NCBI GenBank assembly: GCA_965200965.1
Contig: OZ241744.1
Coordinates: forward strand, 1,728,001 to 1,792,000
Source of the DNA: an uncultured Candidatus Binatia bacterium
Lineage (GTDB): Bacteria > Desulfobacterota > Binatia > Bin18
Direction of reading: 5' to 3'
Length of the DNA stretch: 64,000 bases
This document shows, piece after piece, positions 1-10,083 of the stretch (the first letter of the stretch is position 1; every line of letters begins with the position of its first letter). The notes below the pieces were generated by a model. It saw only the letters and a program-made list of their open reading frames with translations. It made no database searches and was not told the origin of the DNA. The translations under genes were made by a program, and so were the position numbers.

Positions 1-2
1 GT

Positions 3-683
3 CAGATCATCATCTTCATGGGCAAAACCGATCCCGCCAACCTGAGTCGCTATCTCCAGCAGTCGCAGATTCTGGTGCCGCGCGACACCCCGGGGATCAA
101 CATCGTTCGTATGCTGTCGGTGTTCGGCTATGACGACGCCCCGCACGGTCATGCCGAGGTCGAGTTCAAAGACGTGCGGGTACCGGCCTCGAACATGATT
201 CTGGGCGAGGGCCGTGGGTTTGAGATCGCCCAGGGACGGCTCGGGCCGGGCCGCATCCACCACTGCATGCGGCTCATCGGTCAGGCGGAACGCGCCCTGG
301 AGAAAATGTGCCGGCGGGCCAAGTCGCGCATCGCGTTTGGCAAGCCGGTTTCAGAACGAACCGTGACCCAGGAGCGCATCGCCGAAGCCCGTATCTCCAT
401 TGAACAGGCCCGGCTGCTGACGCTCAAAGCCGCCCACATGATGGACACGGTCGGCAATAAGGCGGCTCGGGCCGAAATTGCGATGATCAAGGTCGCCGCG
501 CCGAACATGGCCCTCAAGGTGATTGACTGGGCCATGCAGGCCCACGGCGGGGGCGCGGTGGACGAAGAGTTCGGCCTGGCCAGAGCCTATGCCCAGGCCC
601 GGACACTGCGCTTTGCCGATGGCCCGGACGAGGTTCACCGTAACCAGATAGCACGCCTCGAGTTGCGCAGGTACGACGACTAA
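3..683 (+). CDS. acyl-CoA dehydrogenase (5'-truncated by window edge)
   Basis: C-terminal ACAD motifs [39 protein letters not shown]. Confidence 0.93.
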   Translation, partial: QIIIFMGKTDPANLSRYLQQSQILVPRDTPGINIVRMLSVFGYDDAPHGHAEVEFKDVRVPASNMILGEGRGFEIAQGRLGPGRIHHCMRLIGQAERALEKMCRRAKSRIAFGKPVSERTVTQERIAEARISIEQARLLTLKAAHMMDTVGNKAARAEIAMIKVAAPNMALKVIDWAMQAHGGGAVDEEFGLARAYAQARTLRFADGPDEVHRNQIARLELRRYDD

Positions 684-723
684 GGGGAACCACCCCGGTC
701 AGACCAGGGCCGGAAATACGGAA

Positions 724-1515
724 TTAACTGTTGCCGAACAGGCGGTCCGAATCCATGTACTGCCCCGCCAGACCGGCCAACAGCGCCCCGACATCGGGCG
801 CGTCAAGCACCAGATTCCCCACCAGCACGGCGTCAACCTTGCCCAGCAGGGCCGCGCATTCGTCGGCGGTTGCGGCTTCATCCAGGGCCAGCACGGTCTT
901 GTGGCGGGGTATCAGGGCGCTGAGCCGCTCAATCTGTTTCATGTCTATCCGGCCCGAGGCTGAGCTGATCCCCAAGACAAACGCGCCAGCGCCCAGCGCC
1001 CGGTCCACCTCGGCCGGGGTCTGCACGGCGACCACCGGCGTCATATGGTTGGCGCTGGCGGCGCTCATCAGGCGGGTCAGGGCCTCAGGCTCCGGTCCTC
1101 CGGCCCAGACGGGCACCGCGTCCGCTCCACACAGCCGGGCGTGGTGAATCTGGTGGGGATGGATGATGAGGTCAAGCCGCAAGAGGGGCGCACTGACCGC
1201 CTCTGAAACCGCCCGCAGGTCTTCGAGCGAGGCACCAAACACGGTCGGCTCGGTGTACACGCCGACCGCGCCAACCTCGGCCTCATCACAGGCCCGAGCC
1301 AGCGCCACCAGGTCGGTCTGCGGCCAGCCCCGCCCGGTGTGGGGATCGAGCCGCTTGAGGGCCGCGATACAGGCGAGTTCCTGCTTATGGGTCGTAACAT
1401 ACTGGGCAAAGGCCCGGATGCTGGGGCGTACCTCGCTCACCGACAGCTGGGCCAGGCGTTCAAGCTCGGCGTCCTTTGCGGCGCGTAAGGCTTGCCAGTC
1501 CATACACCTGGTCAC
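724..1515 (-). CDS. indole-3-glycerol-phosphate synthase (TrpC)-like TIM-barrel protein, catalytic residues apparently lost
   Basis: IGPS-like pattern (VYTEPTVFGASLEDL, HQIHHARLCGADAV, DAVLVG) but IAALK, LLRLDLI, VVAVQ and GISS replace IAEIK, LRKDFI, LVEVH and GINNR. Confidence 0.8.
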   Translation of the reverse strand: MTRCMDWQALRAAKDAELERLAQLSVSEVRPSIRAFAQYVTTHKQELACIAALKRLDPHTGRGWPQTDLVALARACDEAEVGAVGVYTEPTVFGASLEDLRAVSEAVSAPLLRLDLIIHPHQIHHARLCGADAVPVWAGGPEPEALTRLMSAASANHMTPVVAVQTPAEVDRALGAGAFVLGISSASGRIDMKQIERLSALIPRHKTVLALDEAATADECAALLGKVDAVLVGNLVLDAPDVGALLAGLAGQYMDSDRLFGNS

Positions 1516-1554
1516 GAAAGGAAACGCTGACGACCGTTTCGCATGAGGATGCTC

Positions 1555-1851
1555 TCAGCGTTCACTGTTTCGGAAACGCGACAGATCGGGCAGGCCGGTC
1601 CGGGCGGTCACGCCGCCATCAACCCGGATCGCTTCACCGGCCAGAAACGACACCTCGTCAGAGACCGACACAGGACGGTGTAGGCGATATCCTCGGGCCC
1701 GCCCATCCGACCGGGCCGCGGGCCGCTTGCCGCTCAGGTCGGCAATCACCACCGCCGCGCCCTCCTGGACAGAACCGCCGGCAGTCGCCGCGCCAATACC
1801 AGAGCCGCCGGCGGTAATAACGGCTCCCCTGCGCGTGAATCGTCCGGCCAT
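1555..1851 (-). pseudogene. short-chain dehydrogenase (SDR) remnant with internal deletion
   Basis: N-terminal Rossmann motif AVITAGGSGIGAATA...EGAAVVIAD joined almost directly to C-terminal SDEVSFLAGEAIRVDGG; catalytic YxxxK core missing. Confidence 0.75.
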
Positions 1852-1928
1852 CGCCGTCTCCCCCTTCCGCCTGGTCCTGGCCGGAGTTAAAGCACCCTGA
1901 ACCGGCCAAGACAAGAGGACCGGGCCGG

Positions 1929-2870
1929 CTAGGGGGCGGAAGAAACGGTCACAGTAGGGGAAGAAAACGGCAGCTCCTGGCGGATAGCCACGCCGACCTG
2001 CTGAGCGCTGGCCGCCGACGGAAACGGCCCGAGCACTACCTGATACCAGCGGCTGGCCAGCCCGGGCGGGGCCAGCAGTTCGGCCTGGTAGCCCCTCTGG
2101 CGCAAAAGCTGGACCGCAGAGCTGGCCGACTCGGCCGACTCAAAAGCGGCGACCTGGAGCCGGTACGAGGCCGGGGCCTGGCGGGTGGACTCAGGCCCGG
2201 TCGGCAGGGCAGGCGGCAGGGCGTCGGCCAACTCGGGCCGGGCCGGACTTGCCGGCACCGGATGGTAGGGCAGGTCGGGCACCCGGGCAGCCAGATTGCG
2301 CGCCAAGTCGTCAACGGCCCGCTGTATCTGTTCATCGCTGATATCACGCAGCAGCAGCACCGCGTTCGGCACAATGCCGATGGGCGACAGGGGCAGGCCG
2401 CCAGACCGGAACCGGGTGGTGTACGACTCCTCAACCAGCGACCGGCCGCTCTGCGTGTCAATCAGCCGGATACCAGCGTCAAGCACGATGTCGGCGTACA
2501 AGCCCAGATACAGGCGCCTGGCCTGGGTCACGATCCCGTACACCAGAGCCTGACAGCCAAGGGTCTCGCCCAGCGCCCGGGCCGACAGCCCTCTCCAGTC
2601 CGGCGGCAGCCTGGCATCGATCTCGTGCAACTCGACATCGACAAAGCGTTTGGTGCTCAGGTGGCCGGCAAAACTGCGGCGCACCTGAGTGACAACCGCC
2701 GGCCGCCCGGTCCTGTTGCTGAAGGGCAGCACGCATACCCGCTTGGGGTTGGGGTCCTGCTGGCTCCAGGCCACAAAATGAGAAGATGGGGGGGCTGGCT
2801 TTTGCACCCCGCAGGCCGTACACACCAGGGCGAGGCACACGCCCCACACCAGACCAGCATACTTCTTCAT
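1929..2870 (-). CDS. lipoprotein (DUF799/CsgG-like N-domain) with C-terminal SPOR peptidoglycan-binding domain
   Basis: MKK + hydrophobic stretch + CTAC lipobox; RVCVLPFSN; SPOR-like YRLQVAAF...WYQVVLGPF. Confidence 0.75.
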   Translation of the reverse strand: MKKYAGLVWGVCLALVCTACGVQKPAPPSSHFVAWSQQDPNPKRVCVLPFSNRTGRPAVVTQVRRSFAGHLSTKRFVDVELHEIDARLPPDWRGLSARALGETLGCQALVYGIVTQARRLYLGLYADIVLDAGIRLIDTQSGRSLVEESYTTRFRSGGLPLSPIGIVPNAVLLLRDISDEQIQRAVDDLARNLAARVPDLPYHPVPASPARPELADALPPALPTGPESTRQAPASYRLQVAAFESAESASSAVQLLRQRGYQAELLAPPGLASRWYQVVLGPFPSAASAQQVGVAIRQELPFSSPTVTVSSAP

Positions 2871-3038
2871 CCTCACCTCCCATCCACACCGCATGCTGTG
2901 TCCTTTGTACAGCAATCCGGGCCGGGAAGAAACGGGCCACGGCCGCATTCTTGTCCTCCGGTTCCAAAGCGGCTAGACTGTGGGCTGCGCTGAACGACAC
3001 AAGCCCCGCGGCCTGCTCTCGTCCAGCCCTCCTCACCG

Positions 3039-3917
3039 ATGCTTACCTCCACCTTTCAACACCTGCGCGGCATTGGCGAAAAGACCGAGAAAAAAATCTG
3101 GGCGGCCGGTCTGAGCAACTGGCAGACCTTTCTGGACACGCCCCACCGGGCACCCTTGAATCCGTGGCAACGCGAGCAGGCCTGTCGCCAACTTGAACAG
3201 TCGCTGCGCCGCCTGCAATGCGGCGATGCCCAGTACTTCAGCCAGCGGCTGGCCCCGGCTCTCCACTGGCGGCTGTATCCCGAGTTCTGCCAACGGGTGG
3301 CCTATCTCGACATTGAGACGACCGGGACCTCTCCCCCTGCATGCGCGATTACCGTCATCGGTCTGTACGACGGGCAGCACCCCCAGGTCTATGTGCAGGG
3401 CCGTAACCTGGCCTGTTTTGGGGCGGATATTGGGGAGTTCACGCTGCTCGTGACCTACAATGGGCTGGCCTTTGACCTGCCGTTTCTCCGCCGTGAGTCA
3501 GGTCTGCCGCTCCGCCAGGCACATATTGACCTCCGCCACCCGCTGGCCGCCCTGGGCTATACCGGCGGGCTGAAAAAAATTGAGCAGCGGCTCGGCCTGG
3601 AACGCGAGGGCCCGCTGGCCCTGTTGGACGGCTGGTGCGCGGTGCTGCTGTGGCAGCATCATATGCAGGGACAGGCCGGTGCCCTTGAGACGCTGCTCCG
3701 TTACAACCTCGAAGACGTGATCCACCTGCCGGCCCTGCTGGCCGAGGTGTATAATACGCACGTCCGCGGCCTGCCCTTTGCGCTCCCCGTCCTGGAGTTT
3801 CCCCGGCCGCCGGCGATTCCGTTCAACTTTGACCCTGGGGTTGTCCGCAAGGTGCTGACAGCCACCGGCAAAATCTCCCCCAGCCACCTTGAGAGCAGTT
3901 CGTCCCGGGCGCACTGA
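3039..3917 (+). CDS. RNase H-like 3'-5' exonuclease (YprB/RNase_H_2 family)
   Basis: HhH-like GIGEKTEKK; DEDD motifs YLDIETTG, TYNGLAFDLPFL, GGLKKIE, RYNLEDV. Confidence 0.88.
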   Translation: MLTSTFQHLRGIGEKTEKKIWAAGLSNWQTFLDTPHRAPLNPWQREQACRQLEQSLRRLQCGDAQYFSQRLAPALHWRLYPEFCQRVAYLDIETTGTSPPACAITVIGLYDGQHPQVYVQGRNLACFGADIGEFTLLVTYNGLAFDLPFLRRESGLPLRQAHIDLRHPLAALGYTGGLKKIEQRLGLEREGPLALLDGWCAVLLWQHHMQGQAGALETLLRYNLEDVIHLPALLAEVYNTHVRGLPFALPVLEFPRPPAIPFNFDPGVVRKVLTATGKISPSHLESSSSRAH

Positions 3918-3948
3918 AAAAGTGGAGCCAGACAGAAGGGATAGCGTT

Positions 3949-4332
3949 ATGGCAGACGATTCTTCGGAAACAATTCCCCGCATCAAGGTATCAAGCGCCT
4001 ACCCTGGAGCGTGGTATATCGTTGAGGTCAATGGTGGTGAGGGCAAGCTCCACATGGAACTCCGCCGCCCGGTCGGCGAGGAGGACAACGATGTCTTTCA
4101 CCTGAATGTCCGCGCCCCGCTCCAGCCCTTTGAGGTGCAGAGCACCACGAGCGGCGGCGTCAAGCATACCCATGAGCGGATCGAGTCTGCCCATCTGAGC
4201 TTTTCCGGTCCCCGCACGGTGTGGCCCGACTTTGTGCGCTGCATCCAGGCCCTGGCCAGTATTTTTGATACCCTGGAAACCAGCCCGCTTGACCGGGAGA
4301 AGGTCAGAGAGCACTTTTTTAAGAAAAAGTAG
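3949..4332 (+). CDS. hypothetical protein
   Basis: 127-aa ORF with purine-rich RBS filling the gap between convergent genes; no recognised motif. Confidence 0.6.
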   Translation: MADDSSETIPRIKVSSAYPGAWYIVEVNGGEGKLHMELRRPVGEEDNDVFHLNVRAPLQPFEVQSTTSGGVKHTHERIESAHLSFSGPRTVWPDFVRCIQALASIFDTLETSPLDREKVREHFFKKK

Positions 4333-4340
4333 CCGGGCCG

Positions 4341-5435
4341 CTATTCGACCTGCATCTGTCGGGTACGGACGACCACATCGTCACGGTGGGTCTCAACCCG
4401 CACGCGGCGCTGCCCTCCATCGTCCTGTACCGCATAACCAATACTGTACTGCGCGCGTAACTCCCGGGATATCGTCCGGGTGGCCTGGGCCAGCGTGGCC
4501 CGGAGGTCCGGCAGGTCGGCCGTATTCAGCAGAAAATGTTTCCCGCCGGTCTGGGCACTCATCTGTTGCAAGGTTTTGACATCAACCCGCTGGGCACCCT
4601 GATTCGGCAGCATGGCATAGCGGCCAATCATAATCCGCCGTCGGTCGCCGAGATAGCTATGGGGATTGCCAATGCCGATGGTATAGATCAGCACCCCGGA
4701 GCGCCGGGCGGCGTCAAGCATGGCGTCAAGCGGGGTGAGGCTGGCGGTATCGTAGCCGTCGGTCATCACGATCAGGGCTTTTTTCTGGTGACGGCCGCGT
4801 GTGACCCGGCGCAGGCCGTCCACAACGGCGTCGTGCAGCGCCGTTCCCCCAATTGGCCGCAGTTGGCTCACCGCCTCGATGAGCAACATCCGGCTGTCGG
4901 TAAAGTCCTGGAGCAGGCTGAGTTGGTGGTTGAACTGTTCAAGAAAGACCTCATCGCCGCGTCTGATCTGGCCGATGAGACCCCGGAGGGCGTGACGGGC
5001 AGGGCCTCTTTTGGCACGCATACTGCCGCTGCCATCAACGAGAAGCCCCAGACTCACCGGCTCCCGGCGGCCGGTATTGAAGTAGACGATGTTCTGCGGC
5101 ACGCCATCAACATACAGGCGAAAGTCCCGGGGTTTGAGGTCTGGAATATAGGTGCCCTCAAAATCCGTCACCGTCACCGTCACAACACGTCTCGGCCAGT
5201 GGGCGAGAGGCGGGGCGGGGGGCGGGAGCGGACTTGTGAGCGTGTCAGAAGAGACGACCGGCGGCACGGTTTCCTGCCCGCCCTCGGCGTCCTGGGCCCG
5301 GACGCCCGACACCATCAACACCAGCGTCAGCAGGCTGATGAGCAAAGGTGACGCAATTGTCTGTATGGCCGTGGCCCTCCTGCCGGCGAGCTTAGCCCCT
5401 GGTCCGCCCAGGAACAAGGGGCGAGCGGGGTACAA
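4341..5435 (-). CDS. VWA-domain protein (VWFA-related, exported); true start may be downstream
   Basis: MIDAS DGSGSM, GGTALHDAV, MTDGYD, IYTIGIG, ELRAQYSIGY; signal peptide ending in VRA-QD. Confidence 0.88.
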   Translation of the reverse strand: MYPARPLFLGGPGAKLAGRRATAIQTIASPLLISLLTLVLMVSGVRAQDAEGGQETVPPVVSSDTLTSPLPPPAPPLAHWPRRVVTVTVTDFEGTYIPDLKPRDFRLYVDGVPQNIVYFNTGRREPVSLGLLVDGSGSMRAKRGPARHALRGLIGQIRRGDEVFLEQFNHQLSLLQDFTDSRMLLIEAVSQLRPIGGTALHDAVVDGLRRVTRGRHQKKALIVMTDGYDTASLTPLDAMLDAARRSGVLIYTIGIGNPHSYLGDRRRIMIGRYAMLPNQGAQRVDVKTLQQMSAQTGGKHFLLNTADLPDLRATLAQATRTISRELRAQYSIGYAVQDDGGQRRVRVETHRDDVVVRTRQMQVE

Positions 5436-5443
5436 GCCGGCTC

Positions 5444-6400
5444 TCAGCGTGCCTCACGGCGCAGCACCGCAATTTTGTCCCGAATCCCGGCCGCGTCGTC
5501 GGCACCCGGCACCAGGACCAAATAGCGGTCATAGGCCTGGGCCGCGGCCCGGAGGTTGCCGGTCTCCTCAAACGCTTGGCCGAGGTTGCGATGGACCGCG
5601 CCAAAGTTGGGGTCAAGGCGGAGCGCCATCATATACCCACCCATCGCCTCACTGAGCCGGCCGGCCATGCGGAACGCCTGACCGAGCATATTGCAGGCTT
5701 CGACATAATTTGGCTTGAGGCGCATGGCAATCAGAAAGGCCGCGGCCGCTCCCGGCCCATCCCGCCTGGCCAGCAGGCGTGTGCCGCGCCGAAAGTGGTC
5801 TTGAGCCGAGCCGGCGGCCGGCGTTGGGGTTGTGCCAGATTCGAGAGCCTGGCGGAGGGCGGCAGTTTCATCGCTGGCCGGAGTTGCTTCCAGATAGCGG
5901 CGGTAGGCTTCGCGCGCGCCCTCTCTATCGCCACGTCGTTCCAGGGCGTTACCCAGATTGTAATACGCCTGGGCGTTCAGCCGGGTTGCCCGGCGGAAGG
6001 CGGCAATCGCGCCGTCGAGGTCGCCCTGGTCATACAGGGCCAGACCGAGACTATGGGCGGCATCAACCCGGTCCGGCTGGAGGTCCAGCGCCCGTTGGAG
6101 GGCGCTGACAGCCGCCGGGATTTTGCGGTGGAAATAGTAGGCCATCCCCATGTTGGTCTGCGCTTCGACCAACTGAGGGTCTATCCGCAGAGCCCTGGCA
6201 TAGGCTTCAACCGCGGCTTCCCAGCGGCCCCGACTCAGGGCGTTGTTGCCGCGCTGCATCTGTTCCTGGACCGCGGGGTTGGGGTGGGACACGGGCGGGG
6301 CGAAAGGAGGGCCGGGCTGGCCGGCAGCCCGGCCAGCCAGCCCGACAAGGGCGAGCAGCCCCATCAGCAGTGTTGCGGCGTGGCGCATGGGGGTCATCAT
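5444..6400 (-). CDS. exported tetratricopeptide-repeat protein
   Basis: Signal peptide MRHAATLLMGLLALVGLAG followed by TPR units (AYARALRIDP, ALDLQPD, ALRLDPN); the upstream part of the listed ORF is antisense to the next gene. Confidence 0.85.
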   Translation of the reverse strand: MMTPMRHAATLLMGLLALVGLAGRAAGQPGPPFAPPVSHPNPAVQEQMQRGNNALSRGRWEAAVEAYARALRIDPQLVEAQTNMGMAYYFHRKIPAAVSALQRALDLQPDRVDAAHSLGLALYDQGDLDGAIAAFRRATRLNAQAYYNLGNALERRGDREGAREAYRRYLEATPASDETAALRQALESGTTPTPAAGSAQDHFRRGTRLLARRDGPGAAAAFLIAMRLKPNYVEACNMLGQAFRMAGRLSEAMGGYMMALRLDPNFGAVHRNLGQAFEETGNLRAAAQAYDRYLVLVPGADDAAGIRDKIAVLRREAR

Positions 6401-6481
6401 ACACCACAGGCCAGAGAGGCCAAGACGGGGGCTTGCCCTGCCTGGCCGGCTGTGATTGTGTCTGGAGCGAGGTTTACGCCT

Positions 6482-7051
6482 ATGCCGCCCGTTGAAACCA
6501 CGGCATCCCCACCGACCCTGTTGCTCAGCCTGCTTGTCCTGCTGCTCAGCCTTGGTGTGCTCGTGCCGCTGGTCGTCGTGCTGCTGGCCGCCTTCCAGGC
6601 TGCCTTTGGCGGCTTTTTTGAGCGGGCCGCCTTTCGGTGGGCGGGTCTGCGCTGCGGCCAGGGCGACGCCCTGGTTGAGCAGGGCGACTTTGCCGCCGCC
6701 GTCCGGCTGTTTGGCGAGGCGTTTTTTCTGCGCCCCATCCGCCGCGACGCCGAACTGCTGTCTGATATTGCCAATTACCACACCGGTCTGCTGAGCCGCC
6801 TGCTCACCATTGCCGACGAGATGGGGAAAGGCGTTACCCACCTGCCATCTCTGGCCGCGGTAGACCGTCTGCTGGCCGAGCGCCTTGAGATGCAACTCGC
6901 CTACTTTCGGGCATGCAAACGCCAAGACAGCGAGCAGCTGCGAGACAGCCAGGAGCGTCTCAAAAACAATCACAAGCTGACCCGGCTGGCCATCAACCGC
7001 CTGCTGGATGAAATCCGCTCCTCTCCGGAAGAGCGCATGCAGTATCACTAA
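6482..7051 (+). CDS. hypothetical membrane-anchored helical protein
   Basis: ATG at 6482, long Leu/Val TM segment, helical C-domain; stops 19 nt before next gene. Confidence 0.6.
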   Translation: MPPVETTASPPTLLLSLLVLLLSLGVLVPLVVVLLAAFQAAFGGFFERAAFRWAGLRCGQGDALVEQGDFAAAVRLFGEAFFLRPIRRDAELLSDIANYHTGLLSRLLTIADEMGKGVTHLPSLAAVDRLLAERLEMQLAYFRACKRQDSEQLRDSQERLKNNHKLTRLAINRLLDEIRSSPEERMQYH

Positions 7052-7070
7052 CCCCGTCCGTAGGAGCGCC

Positions 7071-8279
7071 ATGCTCGATGTCAACGCGATCAAGGCCGAT
7101 TTTCCGGGCGCTTCACAGCAGGTCTACCTGAATACCGCGGGCGTCGGCCTGCCCCCCCGCTCGGCCCTGGACGCCGTACAGCGGGTCTGCCGGCTGCTCG
7201 GCCAGGGCCCGGCCCGGTTGGGCTCTGGCGACTACGCCCGGGCGCTTGGCGAGTCGGCCGTCACAGCCAAAAACGAGGCCGCCCGACTGCTGCGCGTCAG
7301 TCCCCAGGAAATCGCGTTGATCGACGATACGACGATGGGGCTGAATATCGCCCTGGCTGCCCTGCCCTTTGCGCCGGGCGACAACATTGTGCTGTGTGAC
7401 CTGGAGTATCCCCAGGTGGCGATCAGCGCCGGCCACCCCCAGCGGCACAGCCAGGTCGAGGTCCGCGTCGCCCGTCATACCGGGGGTCTGGTCAGCGTTG
7501 ACGACTACGCCCGCCTCGTTGATGCACGCACCCGGCTGCTGCTGGTCAGCTCAGTCCAATGGATCAACGGCCTGCGGATGGACTTGGCCGGCTTCTCTCA
7601 ATTGGCCGAAGAGCGTGGGTGTTTCCTGGTGGTTGACGCCATTCAGCAGCTCGGAGCTCTCCCGCTCGACCTGAGCGGGCTCCGGGTCGATTTTCTGGCG
7701 GCCGGCGGCCAGAAATGGCTGAACGCGCCGTTTGGCACCGGACTCTTGTACATCTCACAGCGGCTCCACGACCAGCTTCAGCCCGGCCTCGCCCACGGCC
7801 TGTTTGCCTACGCCGACCCGCCCGGCGGCTGGATCACATACCTGGGAGACCCGGGCCTGACCCCGTTTGTGTCTCTGCCCCCGGCCCCCGACGCCCGGCG
7901 GTTTGAAATCCACGGGATGCCCAGGATGCTGGGCACGGCCGGCCTGGCCGCATCACTGGCCTATGTGAACCGCCTCGACCGGCACGCGCTCCGTGGGCAT
8001 ATCCTCAGCCTGGGCGATTTTCTGATTGAGGAGTTGACCCGAAGGCACATCCGGGTCTGGACGCCCCGCCCCGCGCGGCTGCGCTCCGGCATTATCACCT
8101 GCGCCCCTTTTCCCGACGCCGAGCGCGTCCATCAACTCGCCCACACCCTCGAGGCCCGGCAGATCTACCCGGCCGTCCGCTACTGTTCGGGGATCGGCGG
8201 GCTGCGTATCTCAATCCACTACTACACTGAGCGGGCCGACCTCGAAGCCCTGCTGGCCGCCCTGGACGAACAGAGGTGA
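7071..8279 (+). CDS. class V PLP-dependent aminotransferase / cysteine desulfurase-like enzyme
   Basis: YLNTAG, VVDAIQ, GGQKWL (PLP lysine), RISIHYY. Confidence 0.9.
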   Translation: MLDVNAIKADFPGASQQVYLNTAGVGLPPRSALDAVQRVCRLLGQGPARLGSGDYARALGESAVTAKNEAARLLRVSPQEIALIDDTTMGLNIALAALPFAPGDNIVLCDLEYPQVAISAGHPQRHSQVEVRVARHTGGLVSVDDYARLVDARTRLLLVSSVQWINGLRMDLAGFSQLAEERGCFLVVDAIQQLGALPLDLSGLRVDFLAAGGQKWLNAPFGTGLLYISQRLHDQLQPGLAHGLFAYADPPGGWITYLGDPGLTPFVSLPPAPDARRFEIHGMPRMLGTAGLAASLAYVNRLDRHALRGHILSLGDFLIEELTRRHIRVWTPRPARLRSGIITCAPFPDAERVHQLAHTLEARQIYPAVRYCSGIGGLRISIHYYTERADLEALLAALDEQR

Positions 8280-8320
8280 ATCGTCTTATCCGGGCGAGAG
8301 GAAGGCAAGACGATTCACCT
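8274..8320. repeat. dispersed hairpin family H, copy A (14-bp perfect stem, 19-nt loop), contains the upstream stop codon
   Basis: aggtgaatcgtctt-atccgggcgagaggaaggc-aagacgattcacct. Confidence 0.8.
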
Positions 8321-8340
8321 TTCCTGACCCGGCTCTCACC

Positions 8341-9060
8341 ATGACCCGGCTCTCACGGGATATCACCGCGGTCTTCTTTGACGCCGCCGGCACCCTGATA
8401 GCCGTCAACGGCTCTGTTGGCGGCATCTACGCCGACCTGGCCCGGCGGCACGGCAGAGCGGTGGACAGGGCCGATGTTGAAGCCGGCTTTGGCCGCGCAT
8501 TTGCCGCCGCCCCGGTCATGGCTTTTCCCGGGGCCGCGGCCGGCGATCTCCCGGGGCTGGAAAAACAGTGGTGGCGGGAGGTGGTCCGCCAGGTCTTTTC
8601 GCCGCTCGGGCCGTTTGCCGGCTTTGACAACTATTTTGACGAGTTGTACGGCTTTTTTGCCCAGCCGCGCGCCTGGCGGCTGTACCCGGACACCCGACCG
8701 ACGCTGGCCACCCTGCACGACCGAGGGCTGCGGCTGGGGGTCATCTCAAACTTTGACTCGCGGCTGTTTGGACTGCTTGACGGGCTGGGCATTGCCGGAT
8801 TTTTTGATCCGGTTGTCATTTCAACCCGGGCCGGAGCGGCCAAACCGCAGGCCGCCATCTTTGACCACGCCCTGGCCCACCACCGGCTGGCCCCCGAACA
8901 CGCCGTCCACGTCGGCGACAGCTATGAGATGGATATCCTGGGGGCCGAGGCGGCCGGCCTCCAGCCGGTCCTGATTGACCGCCGGGCCGAGGCGGCCGGG
9001 TCACACGCCCATCTCGTCACCAGCCTCACCCAGCTCCCGGCCCTGCTCAACCGTTCATAG
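8341..9060 (+). CDS. HAD-superfamily hydrolase (IA, REG-2-like)
   Basis: FFDAAGTL, VISNFD, AKP, HVGDSYEMD. Confidence 0.92.
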   Translation: MTRLSRDITAVFFDAAGTLIAVNGSVGGIYADLARRHGRAVDRADVEAGFGRAFAAAPVMAFPGAAAGDLPGLEKQWWREVVRQVFSPLGPFAGFDNYFDELYGFFAQPRAWRLYPDTRPTLATLHDRGLRLGVISNFDSRLFGLLDGLGIAGFFDPVVISTRAGAAKPQAAIFDHALAHHRLAPEHAVHVGDSYEMDILGAEAAGLQPVLIDRRAEAAGSHAHLVTSLTQLPALLNRS

Positions 9061-9079
9061 CCACCCATCCCCGCGCACT

Positions 9080-9108
9080 TTGCGCTTCCGCCCCGGGCTG
9101 GCTATAAC
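9080..9108 (+). promoter_or_regulatory. putative sigma70 promoter of cyclase gene
   Basis: TTGCGC-17 nt-TATAAC, upstream of AAGGAGG RBS. Confidence 0.5.
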
Positions 9109-9144
9109 GGCAGCCATATTCCGGGTTTGCACAAGGAGGATGTC

Positions 9145-10083
9145 ATGCCAGGACGTGAAGCTATTCCACGGGTCAGCAACTGGGGCCGCTGGGGTAAGGA
9201 CGACGAAAAAGGCACCGCCAATTTCATCACCCCGGAGGTGATTGTCGCCGCCGCCCGGCTGGTCAAAAAAGGCGCGGTTTTCTGCTGCTGTATTCCGATT
9301 GACCAGAACGGCCCGGTCTTTCCGACCCGCACCCCGCCGCAGCGTTTTATGTCGATTCTGAACGTGCCTGTCAGCGAGGTCGGGCTGGCCGGCTCGGCGA
9401 TTGCCAACGACGACTACATCACCATGTATCTTCAGGGCTCAACCCAGTGGGACAGCCTGGCCCATGTCGGCTACGACGGCACGTTCTACAACAACGCCGA
9501 CACCAGCACCGTCACCGCCCACGGCGGAGCGGCCAGAAACGACATCGGCAAGCTGTACCAGTCGTTTGTCACCCGTGGCGTGCTGCTCGACATGGTGCGC
9601 TACAAGGGCTGCGAAGCGGACGGCCACCTGCCCAGGGACTACCCGATTACCATCGCCGACCTTGACGGCTGCTGCCAGGCCCAGGGCGTTGAGGTCAGAA
9701 GCGGGGACGCCCTGTGTGTTCGCACCGGCTGGGTTCCGTACTGGTACACGCTGGAGACCGCGGAGGACAAGGACACCTATTTTCACGCCCAGCCGGGCCT
9801 GTCGGTAGCAACCGCGGAGTGGGTGTATCGCAAAGAGATCGCGTGCATCGCCGTGGACAATATCGCCGTTGAGCGCCTGCCCTCAGAAGTGGACGGCGAG
9901 TTCATCCCCTTCCATCAGGTCGCCATTCGGGACCTAGGTCTGACGCTGGGCGAGATCTTCACCTTTGAGGAACTGGCCAAGGACTGCGCGGCTGACGGTG
10001 TGTACGAGTTCCTGTGGGTCGCCCCGCCGCTGCACATCCCCAACGCAGTTGGCAGCCCCCTCAACCCCCTGGCGGTTAAATGA
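9145..10083 (+). CDS. cyclase-family metal-dependent hydrolase (kynurenine formamidase-like)
   Basis: NWGRWGKDDEKGT, STQWDSLAH, TRGVLLD, GSPLNPLA; RBS AAGGAGG. Confidence 0.9.
   Translation: MPGREAIPRVSNWGRWGKDDEKGTANFITPEVIVAAARLVKKGAVFCCCIPIDQNGPVFPTRTPPQRFMSILNVPVSEVGLAGSAIANDDYITMYLQGSTQWDSLAHVGYDGTFYNNADTSTVTAHGGAARNDIGKLYQSFVTRGVLLDMVRYKGCEADGHLPRDYPITIADLDGCCQAQGVEVRSGDALCVRTGWVPYWYTLETAEDKDTYFHAQPGLSVATAEWVYRKEIACIAVDNIAVERLPSEVDGEFIPFHQVAIRDLGLTLGEIFTFEELAKDCAADGVYEFLWVAPPLHIPNAVGSPLNPLAVK

Noticed and set aside
8274-8320. Rho-independent terminator
   Set aside because: 19-nt loop, only a short T run, located inside an apparent operon; better explained as a member of the hairpin family.
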